DNA of 64,000 nucleotides, from positions 543-64,542 of the IMG/VR virus record IMGVR_UViG_3300037147_000032; one strand, given 5' to 3'. The first letter of the stretch is position 1, and every line of letters starts with the position of its first letter. The stretch is from a virus (taxonomy: Duplodnaviria; Caudoviricetes). A program made the position numbers and the translations under genes. The notes below the pieces were generated by a model. It was not told the DNA's origin. It was given only the letters and a program-made list of their open reading frames with translations, and did not search any database. Positions 57,143-64,000 of the stretch are shown here, in pieces.

Positions 57143-58413
57143 CAGAAGTCATCCTCATCGTCGGCGAATTCATTCACAGCCTCATCGGCTGCGCTCGTTG
57201 CTGCGCGCGGATCATAGCCCGGGGCAATAGTTAGCTTGCCCTGCGGCATGAAGGCCAACTCTTCAACAGCTAGCTTGACGAGCTTGCGCTGATCTCTGCC
57301 AACACCGAGCTTCTCCATCTGGGCCGGTGATTTCAATTTCGGCGCGACCAAGAGATCATCCTCAGGCAACCCGATCTCATCGGTGAATTTTTCCTTGACT
57401 GCCTCTGTGTCGATCCATCGGCGTTTGGACTGGCCACGCACGAGCTTCCAGTCGCCCACCGCATTGCCATTCTCAAGTTCGCGCTGGATATCACCCTTGA
57501 TGTTGTTGCACCACGCCTCGATCACGTTAAGCCACTTCGCCTTGTGCGCAAGCTCTTCGGTGGACTTCGGCAACGGCAGTTGAACTGGCGGTTCGTCTTC
57601 CTCGAAGTCGGCGTTCGCTTCTCTGAGCAGCATGGCATCATACTCGGGACAGCGCGTCTTTGCCGGGCACCACAGGCACCAGTCTCCAGCGCGGAGCGGC
57701 GCGTTCGGCGCATCGATCGCGTCGGCCGCTTCCTTCATCCTGATCTCGAAGAGCTTGAGTTGGTCTATCGTGTACGTCTCGGATCGGATCAGGCCCTCTT
57801 TGTGTGGAGCGTTCGGTTGCGAGATCGTGACCGTGACCTCTTCGCAGTCCTCATGCTCATGTGCGGCAAGGACTGCGTATTGAGCCAACTGCTCGTTGTC
57901 TTTCGCCTCGACAAGGATGTAACCGTTCTTGTGGTCAACGATATTGAGCTTGCCGTAAGGCTCAGCGAGACGGACGTCGATAGAGCCGCCGAACCGGGGA
58001 TCGAGCCACGCACCGCTGATGTAAACTTCTGAGAAGACCTCTGGGTGATACATTTCCTCGCGAAGCCGCGCCACTTCATCAATGGTTTGTTGCACGCCCT
58101 CGATCATCTTCTCATCGGCGACGAACATGAACCAACCCGGACGGGCTTGCTTAGGGTCGAGCGCCGGGGTGCCCGGCGGATAATACTCGGTCTCTTCTTC
58201 GCCAGCAGCTTGCACGAGGAACGTGCCGCCGGCATACTCGCGCGCATCGTCCTGACCCGCGATGATCATAAGCTCGATCATCTTGTGGGCGGCGGTGCCA
58301 AGCATAGCGGCTTGATTTGTAGTGGAGCTTTCATCTCCGATAAGCGCCACGCTTCCCGGACAGGACATCCACCTATGAGAACTACTCGGGCTTAATTTAG
58401 AATGGAATGCCAT
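57142..58413 (-). CDS. Cas4-like PD-(D/E)xK exonuclease (DUF2800-like)
   Basis: HSKLSPSSSHRWMSCPGS, GTAAH, IVDHKNG and GDWCLWCPAKTRC motifs. Confidence 0.9.
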   Translation of the reverse strand: MAFHSKLSPSSSHRWMSCPGSVALIGDESSTTNQAAMLGTAAHKMIELMIIAGQDDAREYAGGTFLVQAAGEEETEYYPPGTPALDPKQARPGWFMFVADEKMIEGVQQTIDEVARLREEMYHPEVFSEVYISGAWLDPRFGGSIDVRLAEPYGKLNIVDHKNGYILVEAKDNEQLAQYAVLAAHEHEDCEEVTVTISQPNAPHKEGLIRSETYTIDQLKLFEIRMKEAADAIDAPNAPLRAGDWCLWCPAKTRCPEYDAMLLREANADFEEDEPPVQLPLPKSTEELAHKAKWLNVIEAWCNNIKGDIQRELENGNAVGDWKLVRGQSKRRWIDTEAVKEKFTDEIGLPEDDLLVAPKLKSPAQMEKLGVGRDQRKLVKLAVEELAFMPQGKLTIAPGYDPRAATSAADEAVNEFADDEDDF

Positions 58414-58432
58414 TTCATCTTCCTAAGTTTAG

Positions 58433-58504
58433 AGAGCCGGGCCGGTGCTGCCCCGGCTCATAGGGGTTTTGCAGACCCCCGCGTTCCGGTTTCGCCACCG
58501 GCTC
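58433..58504 (-). tRNA. trnC: tRNA-Cys(GCA) with a non-canonical T-loop, no encoded CCA
   Basis: GAGCCGG/CCGGCTC acceptor stem, GCG/CGC D-arm, GGGGT-CTGCAAA-ACCCC anticodon arm, GCCGG-GGCAGCA-CCGGC T-arm and U73. Confidence 0.75.
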
Positions 58505-58511
58505 TATAAAA

Positions 58512-58892
58512 TCATTCGACCATGAAGGGGAATGTGATGTACTTGACCGGGCCGTCACCCAGAAGCGGCGCGTTAGCCCCATCGAGCACGATCCACGCAC
58601 GTGTCTCATCCTTGAATACATTTGAGCAGCGATTATTCCGCCAAAGCGGAGACCCATTAGCCTCATCCCATTCGTCGTCCTCGCCGGTCAACGGTGTGAG
58701 CGGCAAGTGCTGAACAAGAAGCTTGAAGAGATTGACCGTCTCTTCGGCACTCCCGCCGGAGTGATCATAGGCGCAGAATGTTTCCATCAGCGCCATGACT
58801 TGCACGGCAACATCGCCGTCGTAGTCAGCATCAGGATCGAACAGACCGGCGCGGCGGAGTTCGGACTTGGCGTGTTGTAGAAGACTGCTCAT
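58512..58892 (-). CDS. Hypothetical phage protein
   Basis: HAKSEL, HSGGSA and PLTPLTGEDDEW motifs. Confidence 0.65.
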   Translation of the reverse strand: MSSLLQHAKSELRRAGLFDPDADYDGDVAVQVMALMETFCAYDHSGGSAEETVNLFKLLVQHLPLTPLTGEDDEWDEANGSPLWRNNRCSNVFKDETRAWIVLDGANAPLLGDGPVKYITFPFMVE

Positions 58893-59179
58893 TTGAACCT
58901 CTTTATGACCTTTCCACGAATGATGGCCCGGCGGAGCCGGGTTGAGATTTGGCTGCCATCGTGGTCGCCATCGTCTTCGTCGTTCTTGGTGATGTGCGCC
59001 ACTGTGGTGATGTGGTTTGGCGTGACCTCGACAACAAAGCCTGTCGTCTCACAGAAAGACCCTGTCAGCATCTTTGGGATATTCCTGATCGGCTCCCATT
59101 CGCATCCGCGATAAGAGCAATGGTCCTCCCACTCGAAATAAACGAGGTCGCCGACCTTCGGGTTGAACTTAGTAGCCAT
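58889..59179 (-). CDS. Hypothetical protein
   Basis: VYFEWEDH...CETTGFVV. Confidence 0.55.
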   Translation of the reverse strand: MATKFNPKVGDLVYFEWEDHCSYRGCEWEPIRNIPKMLTGSFCETTGFVVEVTPNHITTVAHITKNDEDDGDHDGSQISTRLRRAIIRGKVIKRFK

Positions 59180-59408
59180 CGGTTTTGTCCGTGTACACGA
59201 TCTCGATGACGCGGTTCTCGCGCGCCACGAATGAAATGGCTTGGTTCGGTCCCGGCGGCACGAGCCGCACGCGTACCGTGTCATCGCCCGCATCGGATGA
59301 GACCATGATCTCGGGATTGATCCCTCCAAACACGATAACATTGTAGCCCGGCTCAGGCTCGACGCGAATGATGTTCTTGGTGACGTGCCTGACGTTCACG
59401 ATGCTCAA
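59169..59408 (-). CDS. Hypothetical protein
   Basis: AGGAG RBS; TTG start. Confidence 0.5.
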   Translation of the reverse strand: MSIVNVRHVTKNIIRVEPEPGYNVIVFGGINPEIMVSSDAGDDTVRVRLVPPGPNQAISFVARENRVIEIVYTDKTDGY

Positions 59409-59734
59409 TTAACTGTCTCCTGCGCGGCGATCATCGCCATCTTGCGGTTATGATCATCAAGCTTGATCATTTCCTTGAGCCTGACCTGTTTGGCCAGCAT
59501 GTCCCTGATCGCTGGCGGGTAGCTTTCGAAAGTGAAATCGCCGATATGCGTGGAGACCGTGCGCCATTCAAAGATGGCCTGCTTATAGCGCGAGCTATCC
59601 AGTTGTTCAACACGAAATTTGAGATTGGCATCGTCGGCGACGATGCGAAAGGCCCGCGTCGGCACCGCGACCGCGAGCACGTGCCAGCCATCAGGGGCGT
59701 TGCTGATAATCTGATCGGCCTGAGCGTCGTCCAT
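59405..59734 (-). CDS. Hypothetical protein
   Basis: AAGG RBS. Confidence 0.55.
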   Translation of the reverse strand: MDDAQADQIISNAPDGWHVLAVAVPTRAFRIVADDANLKFRVEQLDSSRYKQAIFEWRTVSTHIGDFTFESYPPAIRDMLAKQVRLKEMIKLDDHNRKMAMIAAQETVN

Positions 59735-59742
59735 TGTCTACC

Positions 59743-60099
59743 TTAAAACATATGCGGGTCGAGACCAAAACACTTGCAGAGCCCCTTGGCCGATTTGTGG
59801 AACGCCGCGTTGTGTTCGGCGTGCGGGGTCTCCATCCCGGATGTCGCCTGATGAATGTGTAGCATTTCGTGTATCATGACGCGGACAAGCTCATTAATCC
59901 AGCCGCAGCATACACTGCTAATCCCGATCTCATGCTTGCCATTGCGTCTTAGGTAGTGTCCTGATGTAGTCTTCGACCGGGTGATCTTGAACGTGATCTC
60001 GGCGCTAGCTGGCATATTTTTCCAGTGACAGAACGGCTTGCACTCCACGAGGAAACCGTAGAGCAGCGCCAGACGTTCTTTGTTAAGCGCAAGGGTCAT
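59743..60099 (-). CDS. SprT-like zinc metalloprotease
   Basis: MIHEMLHI...HNAAF. Confidence 0.7.
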   Translation of the reverse strand: MTLALNKERLALLYGFLVECKPFCHWKNMPASAEITFKITRSKTTSGHYLRRNGKHEIGISSVCCGWINELVRVMIHEMLHIHQATSGMETPHAEHNAAFHKSAKGLCKCFGLDPHMF

Positions 60100-60400
60100 C
60101 CTCTATTTCCCACTCGACTACGATGACGCCGGTCCCCGCAAATCTGGGGTCACGCGACTTGTGCGCCATGACCTTGTTGCCTGCATCCATCAGCGGCGCG
60201 ATCTCGGCGGCGAAACCGCGTGGGAAGTGCCCCAACTGTTGGTTGAAGATATGAACGGAGATGGTATTCGTATCGTATTTGTTCTTGGGCTCACGTTCAA
60301 CTCGCAATTGCTGACCGGGTCGCATGCGGGCTAATTGCTCTCCAGCGCCGGGATAGAAGCTGGAACCCATTATTTGTACTCGCTTTTTCTGGCTGGCCAT
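60083..60400 (-). CDS. HIRAN domain protein
   Basis: REPKNKYDTNTISV...LGHFPR..AAEIAPLMD. Confidence 0.8.
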   Translation of the reverse strand: MASQKKRVQIMGSSFYPGAGEQLARMRPGQQLRVEREPKNKYDTNTISVHIFNQQLGHFPRGFAAEIAPLMDAGNKVMAHKSRDPRFAGTGVIVVEWEIEDDPCA

Positions 60401-60451
60401 TTCAAAACCTTTTGGGGGCTCGGTATCGTCTGTGGATACCGAGCGACCCAG

Positions 60452-60943
60452 CTACATGAGGTCGTCTTCGGGGGTCGTGGCAGCGGGGGCAGAGCCCTCG
60501 GTCTGCAACGCGACCTGACAGGCCTCATAGACCTTGTCGTAGTTTTCCGGCTTGAGGTCCGTGACCTTCTTCACGCCGCCGCCATCCTGATCGAGGATGT
60601 CAGCCGCGTCCTGCTTGCCAAGGCTGGCATTGGTCGCGACATCCCGAATTTTCTCCCGGACCTGTTCGATGGTATATTTGCCGTTCGGTCCTTTGGTGCC
60701 AGCCGGCGGGCCACCTTTGGTCTTCGCAGCGGTAGCAGCGGCGGCGTCGGCCTTCGCCTTGACTTCGGCAGCGGCCTTAGCGGCAGCGGCCTTGGCATCG
60801 GGCGTGGCAGTCGTCCCGGGCTTGCCAGCGCCGGCAACAGTGGCAGGACCGGGCTTGAGAGCGACGGGGGCTGGAGCCTTGAGCACAGCAGCATGGATAT
60901 CACTGAGCTTTTTCGAGATTTCGGTGAGAAGGGCGTCGGACAT
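60452..60943 (-). CDS. Ala/Lys-rich phage protein of the replication module
   Basis: C-domain YTIEQVREKI...KKVTDLKPENY. Confidence 0.65.
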   Translation of the reverse strand: MSDALLTEISKKLSDIHAAVLKAPAPVALKPGPATVAGAGKPGTTATPDAKAAAAKAAAEVKAKADAAAATAAKTKGGPPAGTKGPNGKYTIEQVREKIRDVATNASLGKQDAADILDQDGGGVKKVTDLKPENYDKVYEACQVALQTEGSAPAATTPEDDLM

Positions 60944-60957
60944 AGGGGACAACTCCG

Positions 60958-60974
60958 GTTAAGAATTCATTAAC
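60958..60974. promoter_or_regulatory. Perfect CtrA-type box
   Basis: GTTAA-gaattca-TTAAC, intergenic. Confidence 0.6.
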
Positions 60975-61035
60975 GATGTGGGATGGCACATAGACTGAAA
61001 AGCCCGGTTTTGTCAACCGGGTTCACAGGTTTATT

Positions 61036-61497
61036 TCATTCGAGCGTGGGGAGAGCCGCGCTCCATGTCGGCTCTGCCATCCCACCAACTGCTTCCTCGG
61101 ATGACATGGCGGGCTGCGCCGTGGTGTAAGGCTCGCCGCGCTTGGATCGCGTGGTGTCTTCGCCATTGGCTACGCGGCGTTTGATCTCATTGCGCAGGAA
61201 CGCAGCGGCGACCACGAGGTTCGCAACCATGGAGCCATAGGTCCGGAATGCGCCTTGATCCCAGTCCTCGGGATAGCAGGCATCCAGCGTAATTTCGAGC
61301 GCCTCCTCCAGCGGACAGCCATCTTCGAGCAGCTTCACGAGGAGGATTTGGGCGGCACTCGCGGCCAGCAATTGCCCACCGCTGTCAGCGTCAAGCCGCT
61401 CTTCGGACGAGCCCCACATTTTCTCCTGTACGAAGACTTCGGTCGAGATCAGTGCGTCGGTCGTATTACCGGCGACGTAGCTTTCATTTTTGGTCAT
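61036..61497 (-). CDS. Hypothetical protein
   Basis: AGGAG RBS; NLVVAAAFLRNEIKR. Confidence 0.6.
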   Translation of the reverse strand: MTKNESYVAGNTTDALISTEVFVQEKMWGSSEERLDADSGGQLLAASAAQILLVKLLEDGCPLEEALEITLDACYPEDWDQGAFRTYGSMVANLVVAAAFLRNEIKRRVANGEDTTRSKRGEPYTTAQPAMSSEEAVGGMAEPTWSAALPTLE

Positions 61498-61963
61498 GGT
61501 ATTCTCCTGTTAAGTGGTTTTGGGATGTCGGCATTGCCCATTCAGGGTCAGTGCGAACTGGCAGGGGCAAAGCTTCGAGAGCCTTGATGTAGCATCGGCC
61601 GCGCGGTGTCGCCATGTACGCCCAGCCGGCGTGACGTGCGCGCTGCGCCTTGGTCGGGCGCTCGATCATGTCGTCGCGTAGAAGCTCGCGGACGAACGTG
61701 ACGTAGGCTTCTGACCTTCGTTGCTCTTCCGGCGCGAATGGTCCGAGCGATGTAGCGAAGTGCAGCATCATCTTGATTTTCATCGGGGGCATGGCAGCAT
61801 TGCTCCGTGCTCGGAATAGAGCGCGCTGACAGGCTCGGTAGATCGGCTTCCACTCATCGGTCGTCATGTACGCGCGACCGTTCACGGCAACGGCCCGGCC
61901 AAGATCGGGATGATTAGCTACCTCGTGCAAAGCGTTGCGCATCGCTTCGAGTGTGGGAGCCAT
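61484..61963 (-). CDS. Hypothetical protein
   Basis: AGGA RBS; first gene of the leftward arm. Confidence 0.5.
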   Translation of the reverse strand: MAPTLEAMRNALHEVANHPDLGRAVAVNGRAYMTTDEWKPIYRACQRALFRARSNAAMPPMKIKMMLHFATSLGPFAPEEQRRSEAYVTFVRELLRDDMIERPTKAQRARHAGWAYMATPRGRCYIKALEALPLPVRTDPEWAMPTSQNHLTGEYHDQK

Positions 61964-62009
61964 GTGACTTTCCTGTGTGATTGTTTTTCTCAGCACAACG
62001 CCGCGCATC

Positions 62010-62240
62010 CATAAATTGTCCAGTTGGGGTGCGCGGCGTGTGGGGCATTTTCAAACCGTTATTTGATTTCAATCCGAATGTCAATGGGGTCAGGCTTTAC
62101 ATTTTATTTTCCTTCCGCGTGTCAGTCACGCTATCCATGGTAGTCAGCGCGGGGCACCATACACAACGCAAGAGCCATGTCAAGCAAAGACCTTGCAATG
62201 GTTAACGAGAAGTGCTAGGCATCTCGTCCCCTCAGGAGAG
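62010..62240. promoter_or_regulatory. Divergent promoter region
   Basis: AT-richer non-coding gap between the leftward arm and the rightward primase unit; TTGACA on the minus strand near 62079 and 62178. Confidence 0.5.
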
Positions 62241-62246
62241 CCATCT

Positions 62247-62990
62247 ATGTATTTTCTCTATCTGATCCGCACTGCGCTCGGTAATTATATTGGTGTCTCG
62301 AAGAACACCCAACGACGTTTTGGTCGCCACCGACATAGTCGATTTCCAGTTGGTGATGCAGTTCGCCATGATTTAGCTTGCACAGTTCAAACTTTATGTG
62401 CCGGAAACCGGGAATACATCTATCAACTAGAGCCATTAGCTATCACTAGATTTGAAACACGATGGCCAAACGGATTTAATCTCGCTGCTGGTGGTCATGG
62501 CGGGCGTCAGCATCTTCCTCAAACAAAATCTAAAATAGCAAAGACCAAGATTGGACGAAGTCGCTCTCCGGAAACCTGCGCAAAAATATCCGCCGCGAAA
62601 AAGGGGCTCCCGCTTCATCCTGCATTTCTCGCGGCTTCACTAGCTGCTAATACCGGACGAAGACCATCTCCCGCAACTATCAACGCCATGAGAGTAGCTA
62701 ACACCGGCCGAAGTCGCTCTCCTGAAACCCGCGCAAAAATATCCGCTGCAACTAAAGGCAAAAAGCGGGGGCCACTCAGCACTGAGCATATAGCTAACCT
62801 GAAACTAGCAAGAGCTAATCGAGCGCCAACATCGGCCGAAACGCGGGCAAAAATATCAGCCGCTCAGCTAGGGAAAACACGCGGACCTCAGTCTATTGAG
62901 CACCGTACTAGACTATCAGTGAGCTTGACACGTGCCATTAAAGAAAAACAAGATAACGGTATAGCATGGGGGCGAGGATATAGGACATGA
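62247..62990 (+). CDS. GIY-YIG homing endonuclease with multiple NUMOD3 repeats
   Basis: LYLIR...YIGVS, GFNLAAGG and repeated ET(R/C)AKISAA motifs; AGGAG RBS. Confidence 0.85.
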   Translation: MYFLYLIRTALGNYIGVSKNTQRRFGRHRHSRFPVGDAVRHDLACTVQTLCAGNREYIYQLEPLAITRFETRWPNGFNLAAGGHGGRQHLPQTKSKIAKTKIGRSRSPETCAKISAAKKGLPLHPAFLAASLAANTGRRPSPATINAMRVANTGRSRSPETRAKISAATKGKKRGPLSTEHIANLKLARANRAPTSAETRAKISAAQLGKTRGPQSIEHRTRLSVSLTRAIKEKQDNGIAWGRGYRT

Positions 62991-64000
62991 CATTTAACAG
63001 TGAAGAACTAGCGATATCCTACATCGATCAGCATTTTGGCACACGCTATCTATGTCCTATCGCCCCATTGAAGAAGTACCCGCCTTGTCACAAGGACAAC
63101 CTTGATACTGGCGCGACCAACAACCCTGCTGTGATCAAGAGATGGGTCGAGAAATACGGTCAAGTGAATTGGGCCGTAGTCCACAGGAAGTCTCGCCTGA
63201 TGGTCATCGACATCGATACAAATCCTGTCAAGAATAAGCAAGGCCAGATCACGTACGACGCGCTCGACCTGATGTATGGCTGGCCCGAAACAGAGAAGAC
63301 CACGACGCCGAGCGGCGGGTTTCATGTGATCTATGAGGGATGGGGCGACACGCCACACATCATGGCGCTTGGCAAAAACGGTCTTGGGCTCGACATCGAC
63401 AGCCCGAACTACACGCTGATCCCCGGCTGCGTGTTCGCCGATGGCACTTCTTATGTCGGAGACGATACTCCTGCCGCACAGTGCCCGCCGTGGATTTATG
63501 AAGTCATCCGCGAAACGAAGGGAGCCCGTCGCCGCAATAGTGCCAACACGAACGGCGGTAGCGATCCATGGTCCGCTGAATTGATAGAGCGGGCACTGGG
63601 AGCGACGCCATACGAGGGAGGACCGAAAGGCCTCGATGAGCGTCGCAGCTATGATGGATGGATCACATTCATGATGTCCGTTCACGAGGCCTGCGGTGGA
63701 AGTTCGGAAGGCCTCAATGCCTTCGTCAACTGGTCGCAGAATGATCCGGGATACGTCAATGGCAATAACTCCGATCTTGTCATCCAAGATCACTGGGACA
63801 GCTTCGACGCTGGCGCTGAAGGCGGCCGGACACGCGCATCGTGGACCGAATTGCTTTATGATCGTCGAGACAACGGACCGGAGAACGACCGCGACAGCAT
63901 AAAGGTTGTCATCGATAAAATTCGAGAAGCCGATAACCCGTTCACAACCGAAGACGCAGCTAGCGACTTCACCGAAGAGGAGGACGAGGAGCCCACTCCT
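62987..64000 (+). CDS. Bifunctional primase-polymerase with a PriCT-2-like region, 3'-truncated by the window (not in the ORF track)
   Basis: ATGA overlap; LMVIDID, TTPSGGFHVIY and YDGWITFMMSVH..FVNWSQ motifs; open to the window end. Confidence 0.85.
   Translation, partial: MTFNSEELAISYIDQHFGTRYLCPIAPLKKYPPCHKDNLDTGATNNPAVIKRWVEKYGQVNWAVVHRKSRLMVIDIDTNPVKNKQGQITYDALDLMYGWPETEKTTTPSGGFHVIYEGWGDTPHIMALGKNGLGLDIDSPNYTLIPGCVFADGTSYVGDDTPAAQCPPWIYEVIRETKGARRRNSANTNGGSDPWSAELIERALGATPYEGGPKGLDERRSYDGWITFMMSVHEACGGSSEGLNAFVNWSQNDPGYVNGNNSDLVIQDHWDSFDAGAEGGRTRASWTELLYDRRDNGPENDRDSIKVVIDKIREADNPFTTEDAASDFTEEEDEEPTP

Noticed and set aside
57142-58413. CRISPR-associated Cas4
   Set aside because: Its context with the SSB and PolA marks it as the usual phage replication-module exonuclease.
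62191-62206. Additional CtrA box (also near 40084 and 48244)
   Set aside because: These are half sites only or have the wrong spacing.

Overview
The window is part of a tailed dsDNA phage genome (siphovirus-like). The host is probably alphaproteobacterial, judged from a Usg-family gene and CtrA-type TTAA-N7-TTAAC boxes. The + strand arm (1-33.8 kb) holds Thr-rich collagen-like proteins, a repeat beta-propeller, head-tail and tail genes (a -1 frameshifted chaperone and tape measure), SPRY/Ig fibre genes, a six-enzyme sugar/glycosyltransferase cluster including Gmd and an Fcl-like SDR, and a lysis cassette. After a bidirectional terminator, the - strand arm (34-62 kb) holds nucleotide-metabolism genes, a resolvase, an SNF2-like helicase, a family A DNA polymerase, a DUF2815-like SSB, a DUF2800-like nuclease, a fatty-acid hydroxylase, an atypical tRNA-Cys and many small ORFs. 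A divergent GIY-YIG gene and a prim-pol gene end the window, and the prim-pol runs off the right end. The strongest leads are: (1) a polymerase intein whose HNH endonuclease is a nested gene in a different reading frame; (2) a candidate virion glycosylation system; (3) a homing endonuclease that appears to split a gene and supply a replacement N-terminus; (4) CtrA boxes; (5) a homogenised repeat protein with hypervariable loops. All family assignments come from motif recognition by eye. No database searches were run.
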